A stretch of DNA of 64,000 bases from an uncultured Bacteroidaceae bacterium (GTDB lineage: Bacteria; Bacteroidota; Bacteroidia; Bacteroidales; SM23-62), in assembly GCA_964406005.1 (NCBI GenBank), contig CAYOPZ010000015.1, positions 1,170 to 65,169 of the forward strand, given 5' to 3'. A model generated the notes under the pieces. The model searched no databases. It was not told the origin of the DNA and saw only the letters and a list, made by a program, of their open reading frames with translations. This document shows, in pieces, positions 49,586 through 60,103 of this stretch. Every line of letters begins with the position of its first letter. Positions within the stretch are counted from its first letter, which is position 1. Made by a program: the position numbers and the translations under genes.

Positions 49586-52012
49586 TCAGATATTCGCAAT
49601 GCGTATAACGTCTGCAAAAATACCCGCTGCCGTAACTTCGGCCCCGGCTCCGTAACCTTTGATGATCATGGGCAATTCCCTGTAACGTTCGGTCGTGATC
49701 ATTATGATATTATTGCTGCCTTCAAGTGGATACAGGGGATGGTCATGGCCGACCTCCCGCAGCATGACAGCTGCCTTCCCGTCTTTCAGCTGTGCAACGA
49801 AACGCCACTTTTTTTGTTCTTTCTCCAGTTTTTTCCTCCTTTTTTCAAATTCATCATCGTATTTCCGGATGGTCTTCCAGAATCCATCCAGGGACCCTTT
49901 GAAACATTCTTCGGGCAGGATGGGAGAAACGGATACATCCTTTTCATCTATCCTGTAGCCTGCCTCCCTGGAAAGGATGATGAGTTTGCGTATCACATCG
50001 ATTCCGCTCAGGTCTATCCGGGGATCGGGTTCGGAATATCCCATCTCTTTTGCCTTCCGAATGACCTTGCTCAGCCTGTTGTCCGCATCAAGGGTGTTGA
50101 AAATAAAATTGAGCGTACCTGACAGGACCGCTTCCAGTTCCAGTATCCTGTCTCCCGAATTGATCAGGTCATTCATCGTATTGATGACCGGCAGTCCCGC
50201 CCCGACATTGGTCTCGAAGATGAATCTCACTCCTTTTGCACGGGCCGTGTTTTTAAGGTCCCTGTAATGGTTGTAATCCGAGGAGCAGGCAATCTTGTTT
50301 GCAGTCACGACCGAGACATAATTGTTGAAAAGTTTCCGGTAGGCTTCTGCCACCTTTTCAGATGCCGTGCAGTCGATGAATACGCTGTTGCGGAGGTTAA
50401 GCTCGGAGATCCGGTCTGTAAACGCATCCAGATCGGCGGGAAGTCCCTCGCTGATCAATTCCTTGTAATTCCTGATGTCGATCCCCTCCGGATCAATGAT
50501 CATTTTCCTTGAGTTGGAGAGTCCGATCAGGTTCACCTTCAGCCGATGGTCCATCAAGAGTTTTTCTTTCTGGTTCAGGATCTGTGCCAGCAGCTTTGAC
50601 CCTACCGTTCCCGAGCCTGCCAGGAACAGGTGCAACTCCCTGTAATGCGAAAGGAAAAATCCCTCGTGAATTACATTCAGGGCTTTGCGGAGGCTGTGAT
50701 TGCTGATCACCACCGAAATGTTCAATTCTGAGGATCCCTGTGCGATTGCAATGACATTGATCCCGTTTCTGCCGAGGCTCTGGAACAGTTTCGCCGAAAT
50801 GCCGGGCGTATGCCTCATCCGTTCACCCACGATGGCAATGACCGAAAGATCCTTTTCTATCAGGATGCGTATGGAATGAAGCGTCTTAATCTCGTGGAGA
50901 AATTCCTCCCTGATGGCCTGCTCCGCCGCACCGGTCATATCCGGCTGTATGGCAAAGCTGATCGAGTATTCTGAAGATGCCTGCGTGATAAGAATGACAT
51001 TGATGTTGTGTTTCGCCAGGGCGGTGAACAAGCGGGAGGATGTGCCCGTTACGCCCACCATGCCCGAACCCTGCAGGGTTATCAGGTCAACCAGGTCGAT
51101 CGAGGAAATACCTTTGATGGGAGACTGGTTCTGGGCGATCCCGTTTTGTCCTATCACCGTGCCTTTTTTCTCAGGTGAAAAGGTGTTTTTGATATGAATG
51201 CGTATTCTTTTCTCAAGCACGGGTTGAATTGTAGGCGTATACAACACTTTCGCCCCGAAATGTGACAATTCCATGGCTTCCGCATAACTGAGGGATTCGA
51301 TGGCATAAGCTTTATTTACCTTCCTGGGATCGGCCGTCATAAAGCCGTCAACATCGGTCCATATCTCGAGGACGCTTGCATCCGTTGCCGCGGCAATGAT
51401 GGCCGCCGTGTAATCCGATCCGCCCCGCCCGAGTGTCGTGGTTTCATCCCTTTTGTTGCTGGCAATAAATCCCGGGACCACTGCAAATTTCTGCAGTGTC
51501 CGGAAATGCTTTTCAATCAGGGGATTTGTTTTGTCGAATAATATCCCGGCCTTTCCGAAATTGCTGTCTGTCTTTAAAAGCTCCCTGATCTCAACCAGGT
51601 ACGCATCACTGATCTTGAGTGATATGACAAATGATGAAAGGCGCTCGCCGAAGCTCAGGATGGAATCAAGGGTTTTTGCAGTCAGATCCTGGAGAAGATA
51701 GACCCCGTGAAGGGTCTCCTCAAGTTCGTTGATCAATACCTTGATACCGGCCAGGATGTTGCTCTGCTGGTTCACCCTGAACAGCTCCTTCACCGTGTCG
51801 TAGTGACGCTGCTCGATTTCTTTCAGCATTGACCTGTATGTCTCATCCCGGTCTTTTGCCAGCCGGCTGACCCTGATCAGCTGGTCCGTCACTCCCTGGA
51901 AAGCCGAAACCACAATGATGCATGCTTCTTTTTGGCTCTCAACAATGGATTTTACACCCATGATACGTTCGGGTGAGCCCAACGAGGAACCGCCGAATTT
52001 CAGGACCTTCAT
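49586..52012 (-). CDS. thrA: Bifunctional aspartate kinase/homoserine dehydrogenase
   Basis: KFGGSS, TLGRGGSD, two ACT domains, GSGTVG, ETNVGAGLP, EPDPRIDLSG; TACTTTTG at 52062-52069. Confidence 0.95.
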   Translation of the reverse strand: MKVLKFGGSSLGSPERIMGVKSIVESQKEACIIVVSAFQGVTDQLIRVSRLAKDRDETYRSMLKEIEQRHYDTVKELFRVNQQSNILAGIKVLINELEETLHGVYLLQDLTAKTLDSILSFGERLSSFVISLKISDAYLVEIRELLKTDSNFGKAGILFDKTNPLIEKHFRTLQKFAVVPGFIASNKRDETTTLGRGGSDYTAAIIAAATDASVLEIWTDVDGFMTADPRKVNKAYAIESLSYAEAMELSHFGAKVLYTPTIQPVLEKRIRIHIKNTFSPEKKGTVIGQNGIAQNQSPIKGISSIDLVDLITLQGSGMVGVTGTSSRLFTALAKHNINVILITQASSEYSISFAIQPDMTGAAEQAIREEFLHEIKTLHSIRILIEKDLSVIAIVGERMRHTPGISAKLFQSLGRNGINVIAIAQGSSELNISVVISNHSLRKALNVIHEGFFLSHYRELHLFLAGSGTVGSKLLAQILNQKEKLLMDHRLKVNLIGLSNSRKMIIDPEGIDIRNYKELISEGLPADLDAFTDRISELNLRNSVFIDCTASEKVAEAYRKLFNNYVSVVTANKIACSSDYNHYRDLKNTARAKGVRFIFETNVGAGLPVINTMNDLINSGDRILELEAVLSGTLNFIFNTLDADNRLSKVIRKAKEMGYSEPDPRIDLSGIDVIRKLIILSREAGYRIDEKDVSVSPILPEECFKGSLDGFWKTIRKYDDEFEKRRKKLEKEQKKWRFVAQLKDGKAAVMLREVGHDHPLYPLEGSNNIIMITTERYRELPMIIKGYGAGAEVTAAGIFADVIRIANI

Positions 52013-52110
52013 TCCACTCAGGTATTATACTTTAATAATCAATGATCTGAAGCAGAGATTGCAAAAGTAAATAAAAAATACGAGCAAGGGTATGCAGGGC
52101 AGGAGTTAAA

Positions 52111-52983
52111 TCAGGCGCTGAAGGTGGGTATTTTTTCGTCCAGTTTCCGGATCAGGCCCTGGAGCACTTTTCCCGGCCCCACTTCGGTAAATGAACCGGC
52201 CCCGTCGCGGATCATATTCTCCACTGTCCTGGTCCACAGGACAGGAGCGGTAAGCTGGGCTGCCAGGTTCTGCCTGATCAGGCCCGGATCCTGCGTGGGC
52301 TCTCCGGTGACATTCTGGTATACGGGGCAGACAGGCGGGTTGAACGGGGTCTCAGAAATGGCTTTTTCAAGTTCCTTCCTTGCAGGTTCCATGAGCGGCG
52401 AGTGGAATGCACCGCCCACGTTCAGCCGGATGGCTTTCCTTGCTCCCCGCCGGATCAGAATTTTCAGAGCGGCCTCAATACCCGGCACGGATCCGGAAAT
52501 GACAATCTGCCCCGGGCTGTTGTAGTTGGCGGGAACAACAACTTCCCGGATTTCACTGCAAACCTCTTCAACCATACTGTCTTCCATACCTATTACGGCT
52601 GCCATTGCAGAGGGTTCAATCTCACAAGCTTTTTGCATGGCTGAAGCCCGCTGTGATACAAGCATTAATCCGTTCCCGAACGACAGGGCCCCGCTGGCCA
52701 CAAGAGAAGAAAACTCGCCGAGGGAATGCCCTGCCACCATTCCGGGTTTGAAATCCGGGATTGTTCCGGCCAGTATCACCGAGTGAAGGAAGATGGCGGG
52801 CTGGGTCACACGGGTCTGCCTGAGATCCTCCTGCGTCCCGGAACACATCAGTCCGGTGATGTCGAACCCCAGGATTTCGTTGGCTTCCCCGAACATTGAT
52901 CTTGCCATCTCATGCCGCTCGTAGAGATCCTTTCCCATACCTGGAAACTGGGCACCCTGACCGGGGAACACGTATGCCTTCAT
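52111..52983 (-). CDS. fabD: Malonyl-CoA:ACP transacylase
   Basis: FPGQGAQ, GHSLGE, GAFHSPLM, EVGPG; start moved to ATG 52983. Confidence 0.95.
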   Translation of the reverse strand: MKAYVFPGQGAQFPGMGKDLYERHEMARSMFGEANEILGFDITGLMCSGTQEDLRQTRVTQPAIFLHSVILAGTIPDFKPGMVAGHSLGEFSSLVASGALSFGNGLMLVSQRASAMQKACEIEPSAMAAVIGMEDSMVEEVCSEIREVVVPANYNSPGQIVISGSVPGIEAALKILIRRGARKAIRLNVGGAFHSPLMEPARKELEKAISETPFNPPVCPVYQNVTGEPTQDPGLIRQNLAAQLTAPVLWTRTVENMIRDGAGSFTEVGPGKVLQGLIRKLDEKIPTFSA

Positions 52984-52996
52984 TTTTCCGTAGTGC

Positions 52997-53635
52997 TCAA
53001 TACAGACGGGAGCCGATAAGGGAGATAAATTCCTCACGCGTGTCGGCCTTGTTGAGGAATTCACCTGTGAATGCAGATGTGGTCGTAACGGAGTTTTGCT
53101 TTTGTATGCCCCGCATGACCATGCAGAGATGTTTGGCTTCTATAACCACCGCTACTCCGAGAGGGTTCAGGGTGGACTGTATGCAATCGCGGATCTGGAC
53201 GGTAAGCCTTTCCTGGACCTGCAGCCGCCTTGCATAGGCCTCGACCACACGGGCAATTTTACTCAATCCCGTGATATATCCGTCGGGGATGTACGCGACA
53301 TGCGCTTTTCCGAGGAAGGGAATCAGGTGGTGTTCGCAAAGGGAAAAAAGGTCAATGTCCTTCACAATGACCATTTCCCTGTATTCTTCCCTGAACATGG
53401 CATTTTTGATGATCTGTTCGGGCTGGCTGCCATAGCCCTGTGTGAGAAACTGTATGGACTTGGCCATACGCAGGGGGGTCTCATTCAGTCCTTCCCGCCC
53501 TGTATCTTCCCCGATAAGGTCAAGTACTTCGTTGTATAATTCACTGAGCCGCTTTGTTTTGCTGTCATCGAAAATGTCAACCCTGTTATAACCTTCATTG
53601 TCGGGGTCCCCGGTTCCGTTATTGATGATTTCCAT
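52997..53635 (-). CDS. folE: GTP cyclohydrolase I
   Basis: [35 protein letters not shown]; start moved to ATG 53635. Confidence 0.93.
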   Translation of the reverse strand: MEIINNGTGDPDNEGYNRVDIFDDSKTKRLSELYNEVLDLIGEDTGREGLNETPLRMAKSIQFLTQGYGSQPEQIIKNAMFREEYREMVIVKDIDLFSLCEHHLIPFLGKAHVAYIPDGYITGLSKIARVVEAYARRLQVQERLTVQIRDCIQSTLNPLGVAVVIEAKHLCMVMRGIQKQNSVTTTSAFTGEFLNKADTREEFISLIGSRLY

Positions 53636-54038
53636 AATATTCAACAAAATTGTTTTCTGTTTCTTCAAGCCGTATTTTATGCAGTTCCACACCCAGCTCT
53701 TTTACATGCGCTTCAAGCTCGTCCCAGATGGCCATAGCCATATTTTCCGCAGATGCGACCCTGTCTTTCATGAATGCAACCTCCAGGTTGATGTTTTTAT
53801 GGTCTATCCTGTCTATGATCCTGTCCCGGATCAGCTTGCTGAGGTTCTTCAGATCAACGACATATCCCAGTTCGGGTTTAATATTGCCTTTTACGGTAAC
53901 GAAAAGGTTGTAATTATGACCGTGCCAGTTCGGGTTGGAGCAGGGCCCGTAAACCTCCAGGTTTTTTTCGTCCGACCAGTCATCCCGGTAAAGCCTGTGC
54001 GCTGCATTGAATTTTTCCCGCCGCGTTAGATAGATCAT
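53619..54038 (-). CDS. queD: 6-pyruvoyl/6-carboxy-tetrahydropterin synthase (QueD/PTPS)
   Basis: FNAAHRL, C..HGHNY, DHKNIN, SAEN, ETENN; start moved to ATG 54038. Confidence 0.82.
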   Translation of the reverse strand: MIYLTRREKFNAAHRLYRDDWSDEKNLEVYGPCSNPNWHGHNYNLFVTVKGNIKPELGYVVDLKNLSKLIRDRIIDRIDHKNINLEVAFMKDRVASAENMAMAIWDELEAHVKELGVELHKIRLEETENNFVEYYGNHQ

Positions 54039-54098
54039 GACCTTTGTTACAGAATGCAAATAGAGTCATTTTATGACTTTTTTCCAAGCGATCGGCTC

Positions 54099-55376
54099 TT
54101 AATGTAATGAATTCAGGAACTGGTAGCCGACAAGACGGTCATACCTGGAAGTATTCGTGCGTAAATATACATATATGACATAGTCATTTTCAGTTTCGTA
54201 GTAGCTTCCTTCGATGAAAGTGGCATCCGGGAAATCCGAACCGTCCCTGATGTAGGCATACTCGTAATTGTAATAGCCCTGTTTCAGGAGCATTTCAAGT
54301 TCATAAGCCTTACTTTCGTAGTTGTATACCATTTTGTTGTCTTCGGTATAATCCCAGTTGCTGAGATTCCCGGAGACAAAAATCCCGCCGCCGGCAAGAG
54401 GTGCATCAAAGGGCAGCGTAAAATGGACATAGACATAGTCCGACTCGGTCTCGTTTTTTACGCCTTCCTGCACTTCCACATAATACCTTCCGTTGAAATC
54501 CTCGTGATAAAAATATGCACCGCGGTCCCTCGGCCGGTCGGGATAAAGGAATACATGATAATAGGGAGCGCGGTAATCAATGGACCGGACGGCCTCGGAC
54601 TGGTACCTGAGGCTTTTAATGTTGAAATACCGGTACTCATTCCCTCCCTTGAATATGTTTTCCTGCGGGTAATTGTAATCGAGTACATCCCCCCGGCTGA
54701 AAAAGGGCTTCAGGTCAAGGACCGACATGTTCCAGCGGTTGTTCTGCAGAATGGCCACCTTTACTTCCGAATAGGGATCGTTGACCTCGAGCGTTCCCAG
54801 GTGTACCTGGAAATTCACCTGCTGCCCTTCATCCCTGTACGATGCCTGCGGGGGCCTGCCTGCCTTCCCTTCAATGCTGACCATGGGCTCGGCGACCGAA
54901 AAACGCCGGGTGAGAACGAGGTTGCTTTGATCAAAATCTTCGAAAACCTTCAGTATATAGTTCCCGGAGATCTTGAACCTGACTTCGTCGTTCGGCAACC
55001 GGATACTATAATGCACATAATTTACAGTCGTATTGAAGGAGAGGGAATAATCCTGGATTGGGTTCTCTTCAAAACCGTCCATGTATTCTCCCGGAGACAG
55101 CCGTGACGACAGCCAGTCTGCGCTGCAATGTTCGATCGTATACGAAAAATTTTTAACCTGGTCGCTCAGATCGTCAAAGCTCAGTTCTATCCTGTCCAGG
55201 CTGTTCAGATCAATGATCGGGTAGGTCATTTCCCAGCCGGCCCGGTGGAGCAGAACCGTTTTGATCCCGGGCTTGTATACCTTATCTGTGTAAAACGCTT
55301 CCTGTCCGGCAATGATACTTCCCGGCCCCACCCAGCATAAATACATTATGCAAATGGCTTTTATCGCTCTTTCCAA
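54099..55376 (-). CDS. DUF5103 / T9SS plug-like protein
   Basis: LSFDDL, HCSADW, SGNYIL, GGNEYRYF, LLKQGYYNY, EGSYYETENDY, YDRLVG. Confidence 0.75.
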   Translation of the reverse strand: MERAIKAICIMYLCWVGPGSIIAGQEAFYTDKVYKPGIKTVLLHRAGWEMTYPIIDLNSLDRIELSFDDLSDQVKNFSYTIEHCSADWLSSRLSPGEYMDGFEENPIQDYSLSFNTTVNYVHYSIRLPNDEVRFKISGNYILKVFEDFDQSNLVLTRRFSVAEPMVSIEGKAGRPPQASYRDEGQQVNFQVHLGTLEVNDPYSEVKVAILQNNRWNMSVLDLKPFFSRGDVLDYNYPQENIFKGGNEYRYFNIKSLRYQSEAVRSIDYRAPYYHVFLYPDRPRDRGAYFYHEDFNGRYYVEVQEGVKNETESDYVYVHFTLPFDAPLAGGGIFVSGNLSNWDYTEDNKMVYNYESKAYELEMLLKQGYYNYEYAYIRDGSDFPDATFIEGSYYETENDYVIYVYLRTNTSRYDRLVGYQFLNSLH

Positions 55377-55474
55377 AAAAAGATTTCCCCTGACTTCGAT
55401 ACTTTTTGAAGATACTGTTTTTTAAATTAAATAGCTATTTTTGTCAAACGTGTTTCAAATTCAAAAAGTATTCC

Positions 55475-56827
55475 ATGTCCAAGGTAATTAGGATTAAGCG
55501 AGGGCTTGATATTAAACTGAGAGGATCCGCCGAAAAAATCATTTCCACAGCACAACCCGCCACTACCTATGCCGTAAAACCCACCGATTTTCCGGGAATC
55601 AATCCCAGGATGGTCGCTCATCCGGGAGATAAGGTCAAAGCAGGGACAACACTTTTTTTTGATAAAATTTGCCCGGATGTAAAATTCACCTCCCCTGTCA
55701 GCGGTGTTGTGAAAGCTGTCAACAGGGGGGAAAGACGCAGGATACTTGAGGTTGTTGTGGAGGCCGCGGGAGAAATTCAATACCGGGATTTCAAGGCTTC
55801 CGACCCGGCTTCATTGAGCAGGGAGGAAGTGATAAATAAGCTTCAGGAGGCAGGTCTCTGGCCTGCAATCAGGCAAAGACCCTATGCGATCATTGCCAGG
55901 TGTGAGAAGGAACCCAAGGCCATATTCATATCCGGATTCGACACTGCCCCCCTTGCACCGGACCTGGACTTTGCAGTCAAGGGAAAGGTCGATGACTTTC
56001 AGGTTGGGATCAATGCCCTGAGGAAAATGACAAGGGGGAAGGTGCACCTCTCCCTGAATTCCCAGTATCCCCCTGCAGACACTTTCACCAGGGCCGGAGG
56101 TGTGGAATTTCATTATTTCAAAGGCCCCCATCCCGCGGGGAATCCGGGAGTCCAGATCAGCAGGATAGATCCCGTAAACAAGGGAGAGACGGTATGGGTG
56201 GTCCGCCCCCAGGATGTCATCATGATCGGCAGGTTGTTCACCAAAGGCATTTATGATGCTTCAAGGGTCATTGCACTGACCGGATCGGAAGTGAAAAAAC
56301 CGAGGTATTACAAGGCGGTCGGGGGCACTTCCATAGAACCGTTTGTATCTGATAATGTACAACCGGGCGAACTAAGGTACATCAGCGGGAATGCATTGAC
56401 CGGCTCTAAAATTGACAGGACCGGTTACCTGGGATATTACGACAGCCAGATAACCGTACTGCCGGAGGGCAATTATTTTGAGTTTCTGGGCTGGGGGCTT
56501 CCGGGATTCAGGAAATACAGTATGTCAAGAAGCTTCTTTTCCTGGCTTCAGGGCAGCAAAAGATATACCATAGACACAAACCTGAAAGGCGGGGTAAGAC
56601 CGTTTGTTATAACGGGTGCATATGAAAAGGTGCTGCCCATGGACATTTATCCAATGCACCTGGTGAAAGCCATTCTTGTGGACGATATTGAACAAATGGA
56701 AAAACTTGGCATATATGAGGTGGCGGAAGAGGATTTTGCACTCTGTGAATTTGTCTGTCCGTCCAAGATCGAGATACAATCCATATTACGTCAGGGAATA
56801 GAACATATGATTAAAGAAGTTGAGTAA
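55475..56827 (+). CDS. nqrA: Na+-translocating NADH:quinone reductase subunit A
   Basis: IKRGLDI, GPHPAGN, EEDFALCEFVCPSK; start moved to ATG 55475; TATTTTTG at 55436-55443. Confidence 0.93.
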   Translation: MSKVIRIKRGLDIKLRGSAEKIISTAQPATTYAVKPTDFPGINPRMVAHPGDKVKAGTTLFFDKICPDVKFTSPVSGVVKAVNRGERRRILEVVVEAAGEIQYRDFKASDPASLSREEVINKLQEAGLWPAIRQRPYAIIARCEKEPKAIFISGFDTAPLAPDLDFAVKGKVDDFQVGINALRKMTRGKVHLSLNSQYPPADTFTRAGGVEFHYFKGPHPAGNPGVQISRIDPVNKGETVWVVRPQDVIMIGRLFTKGIYDASRVIALTGSEVKKPRYYKAVGGTSIEPFVSDNVQPGELRYISGNALTGSKIDRTGYLGYYDSQITVLPEGNYFEFLGWGLPGFRKYSMSRSFFSWLQGSKRYTIDTNLKGGVRPFVITGAYEKVLPMDIYPMHLVKAILVDDIEQMEKLGIYEVAEEDFALCEFVCPSKIEIQSILRQGIEHMIKEVE

Positions 56828-56857
56828 ACCGAATATGAATAAACAGAGGGTTAATAT

Positions 56858-58045
56858 ATGAGTTCGTTCAGGAGGTTTATAGATAAGGTCAAGCCGAATT
56901 TCGAACAGGGAGGCAGATTTGCTTACCTGAAATCCACCTTCGAAGCTTTTGAAACCTTTTTATTTGTTCCTGACAAGGTCACAAAGACAGGTTCTCACAT
57001 ACGGGATGCCATGGATATGAAAAGGACCATGATCATTGTTGTAGTGGCATTGGTGCCCGCCCTCCTTGTCGGTATGTGGAACACTGGATTCCAGAATTCC
57101 ATTGCACTGGGCATTGAACGGACCATTCTCCAGAACTTCGGCTTTGGTTTTCTGAAAGTATTCCCGATCATTGTTGTCTCCTATGTCGTGGGACTCGGAA
57201 CAGAATTCATTTTCGCCCAGATACGGGGACATGAAGTCAATGAGGGTTACCTTGTAACAGGGATACTTATACCCCTGATCGTCCCTGTCGATGTACCGCT
57301 ATGGATGGTTGCCGTGGCCGTTGTATTTGCCGTGATCATAGGGAAGGAGGTTTTCGGGGGCACGGGAATGAACATCCTCAACCCTGCCCTGACAGCCAGG
57401 GCATTCCTGTTCTTTGCATACCCCTCCTATATGTCGGGAGATGCCGTATGGATATCCGGTCTTCTGAAGGGTACGGGTGTGATAGACGGTTTCAGCGGAG
57501 CCACGGCCCTGGGCCAGGCAGCCCTGGGCCAGCACATCCTGAACACCACCGGGGATCCCATGAGCGCGGTAGAAATGTTCATAGGTTGCATTCCCGGTTC
57601 CATTGGGGAGACCTCCGTTCTGGCAATACTGATAGGCGCATTCATCCTGATCTATACAGGTGTGGGCAGCTGGAAGATCATATTTTCCGTATTCGCCGGC
57701 GGTGCATTCATGGGTTTGATACTGAATGCCTTTGGAGGGAGTGTACTGATGGAGATCCCGTTCTGGCAACATTTGATGCTGGGGGGATTTGCATTCGGCG
57801 CGGTTTTTATGGCTACAGACCCGGTCAGCGCAGCCCAGACCGAAAAAGGAAAATGGATATACGGCTTCCTTGTAGGGGTCATGGCCATCCTGATTCGCGT
57901 GCTGAATCCTGCTTTCCCGGAAGGCGTCATGCTGGCCATTCTGCTGATGAACGTTTTTGCCCCGCTTATAGACCACTATGTGATCGAATCCCATGCCAGG
58001 CGCAGACTGAAGCGGGCCAGAATGAGTACCAACACCCAAACGTAA
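56858..58045 (+). CDS. nqrB: NQR subunit B
   Basis: KEVFGGTG, FMN site SGAT, GSIGETS, FMATDP. Confidence 0.93.
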   Translation: MSSFRRFIDKVKPNFEQGGRFAYLKSTFEAFETFLFVPDKVTKTGSHIRDAMDMKRTMIIVVVALVPALLVGMWNTGFQNSIALGIERTILQNFGFGFLKVFPIIVVSYVVGLGTEFIFAQIRGHEVNEGYLVTGILIPLIVPVDVPLWMVAVAVVFAVIIGKEVFGGTGMNILNPALTARAFLFFAYPSYMSGDAVWISGLLKGTGVIDGFSGATALGQAALGQHILNTTGDPMSAVEMFIGCIPGSIGETSVLAILIGAFILIYTGVGSWKIIFSVFAGGAFMGLILNAFGGSVLMEIPFWQHLMLGGFAFGAVFMATDPVSAAQTEKGKWIYGFLVGVMAILIRVLNPAFPEGVMLAILLMNVFAPLIDHYVIESHARRRLKRARMSTNTQT

Positions 58046-58052
58046 AGGACAT

Positions 58053-58778
58053 ATGAAGAATTACAGCAATACATATATATTCGTTTTTTCTACGGTTATG
58101 GTGGTCATCGTTGCAGCGCTCCTTTCCTTTATGGCAGAACAGCTGAAGCCCTACCAGGAGAAGAATGTGGAAGTGGAGAAAAAACTTGATATTCTGCGGT
58201 CTGTCAGGCTTGCAAGGGACATGAGCGATGTCGGGAACAAGAATGACTATGTGGAAGAGGCCTATGCCGAGAATATAAGCAGGAGTTTCGTTATCAATCC
58301 GGAAGGCCGGTTGATGGAAGATCTGGAGGCTTTCAGTATAGATCTCAAGGAGGAGCTTGCCAAACCCCCGGGGGAAAGGGACCTTCCGGTATTCGTATAT
58401 ACCGATGAAGAGGGCGGGATAAAATATGTCATCCCCTTGAGGGGGAAGGGATTATGGGGACCTATCTGGGGATATATATCGCTCGATGAAGACCTGTCTA
58501 CCATCTACGGGGCAACTTTCTCCCATACAAAGGAAACGCCCGGCCTGGGCGCGGAGATCAACCAGCTCTGGTTCCAGGAGCAGTTTTTTGGAAAGAAAAT
58601 TTTCGACGAGGCCGGGGATTTCACATCTGTCAAGGTAGAAAAGGGAGGCGCGGACCCGGATGACGCCCATGCCGTTGATGCAATTTCCGGGGGCACCATT
58701 ACCTCCAAGGGAGTGGAGGCCATGCTGAAGGATTGTCTCGGCAATTATCTGAATTATTTTAAGGAGAACAGCAATTAA
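58053..58778 (+). CDS. nqrC: NQR subunit C
   Basis: GKGLWG, ETPGLG, DAISGGTITS. Confidence 0.92.
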   Translation: MKNYSNTYIFVFSTVMVVIVAALLSFMAEQLKPYQEKNVEVEKKLDILRSVRLARDMSDVGNKNDYVEEAYAENISRSFVINPEGRLMEDLEAFSIDLKEELAKPPGERDLPVFVYTDEEGGIKYVIPLRGKGLWGPIWGYISLDEDLSTIYGATFSHTKETPGLGAEINQLWFQEQFFGKKIFDEAGDFTSVKVEKGGADPDDAHAVDAISGGTITSKGVEAMLKDCLGNYLNYFKENSN

Positions 58779-58795
58779 ATACAAATCGGAAGATC

Positions 58796-59455
58796 ATGAG
58801 TGAGAGAGAAAAAGACAGAGAACCTCTATTTTCATCCAAAAACCTGAAGCTGCTGAAAGAACCACTGGGAGAAAGCAACCCCATCACGGTGCAGGTCCTG
58901 GGCATATGTTCCGCCCTTGCCGTCACCGTGAAGCTGAAGCCGTCGGTTGTCATGGCCATCTCGGTGATCGTCGTGCTTGCCGTATCCAACGTAGTGATTT
59001 CTCTGCTCAGAAAGACCATTCCGAACAGGATACGCATCATCGTGCAGCTGACCGTTATTGCTACAATGGTGATCCTCGTTGATGAGATACTGGAGGCATT
59101 TGCCTATGATGTGAGCAAGCAGCTATCGGTTTTCGTGGGGCTGATCATCACAAACTGCATCATCATGGGCCGGCTCGAAGCCTTTGCCATGGGCAACAAG
59201 CCCTGGGCATCCTTCCTCGACGGTATAGGGAATGCAACCGGCTATGGTGTGATCCTGATCGTTGTCGCATTTTTCAGGGAGCTGCTCGGGTCGGGAACCA
59301 TCTGGGGCTGGCCCGTATTCGAAAAACTGGGCCTTTACGGCATCGGCTACCATAATAACGGGCTGATGATCCTTCCGCCCATGGCGCTGATCACCGTAGG
59401 GATCATCATCTGGATACAGCGCTACAGGAACCGTGACCTGATCGAAAACAACTAA
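58796..59455 (+). CDS. nqrD: NQR subunit D
   Basis: [19 protein letters not shown]. Confidence 0.93.
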   Translation: MSEREKDREPLFSSKNLKLLKEPLGESNPITVQVLGICSALAVTVKLKPSVVMAISVIVVLAVSNVVISLLRKTIPNRIRIIVQLTVIATMVILVDEILEAFAYDVSKQLSVFVGLIITNCIIMGRLEAFAMGNKPWASFLDGIGNATGYGVILIVVAFFRELLGSGTIWGWPVFEKLGLYGIGYHNNGLMILPPMALITVGIIIWIQRYRNRDLIENN

Positions 59456-59469
59456 GCATCCGGGAAACC

Positions 59470-60087
59470 ATGGAAAACCTCATAAGCATATTCGTAAGAT
59501 CCGTTTTTATTGACAATATGATCTTTGCATACTTCCTGGGCATGTGTTCATACCTGGCTGTTTCGAAGACCGTAAAGACGTCTACCGGACTGGGCCTGGC
59601 CGTTATATTCGTGCTCGGATTCACGGTCCCCGTAGACTACCTCATGGAAAAATACATCCTCAAGGCAGGCGCATTGGCATGGCTCAGTCCAGCCTTCGCA
59701 GACCTGGATCTCAGCTTCCTGAGCTTCATAATGTTCATTGCCGTGATCGCATCCATGGTGCAGCTGGTCGAGATGGTGGTGGAGAAATTTTCCCCTTCTC
59801 TGTATGCGTCCCTGGGGATATTCCTGCCGCTGATTGCAGTGAACTGCGCCATACTGGGAGGGTCTTTGTTTATGCAGGAGCGGGAATACACCTCCCTTGC
59901 CGAGGCCACGTCGTTCGGACTGGGATCCGGGGTGGGCTGGTTCCTTGCCATTGTAGGCATTGCGGCCATCCGTGAGAAGATCCGTTATTCGAACGTTCCG
60001 GCTCCGCTCAGGGGGCTCGGGATTACCTTCATCATCACGGGACTGATGGGGATTGCTTTCATGAGTTTTATGGGGATTAAACTTTAA
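59470..60087 (+). CDS. nqrE: NQR subunit E
   Basis: [19 protein letters not shown]. Confidence 0.93.
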   Translation: MENLISIFVRSVFIDNMIFAYFLGMCSYLAVSKTVKTSTGLGLAVIFVLGFTVPVDYLMEKYILKAGALAWLSPAFADLDLSFLSFIMFIAVIASMVQLVEMVVEKFSPSLYASLGIFLPLIAVNCAILGGSLFMQEREYTSLAEATSFGLGSGVGWFLAIVGIAAIREKIRYSNVPAPLRGLGITFIITGLMGIAFMSFMGIKL

Positions 60088-60103
60088 ACAATATCTGAAT
60101 GAG

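Noticed and set aside
48908..50122. 404-aa plus-strand ORF
   Set aside because: Antisense shadow of thrB/thrA; the same applies to most short ORFs in the track
52013..52110. Thr/Ile attenuator upstream of thrA
   Set aside because: No Thr-rich leader peptide or terminator; -7 element only ~50 nt from the start
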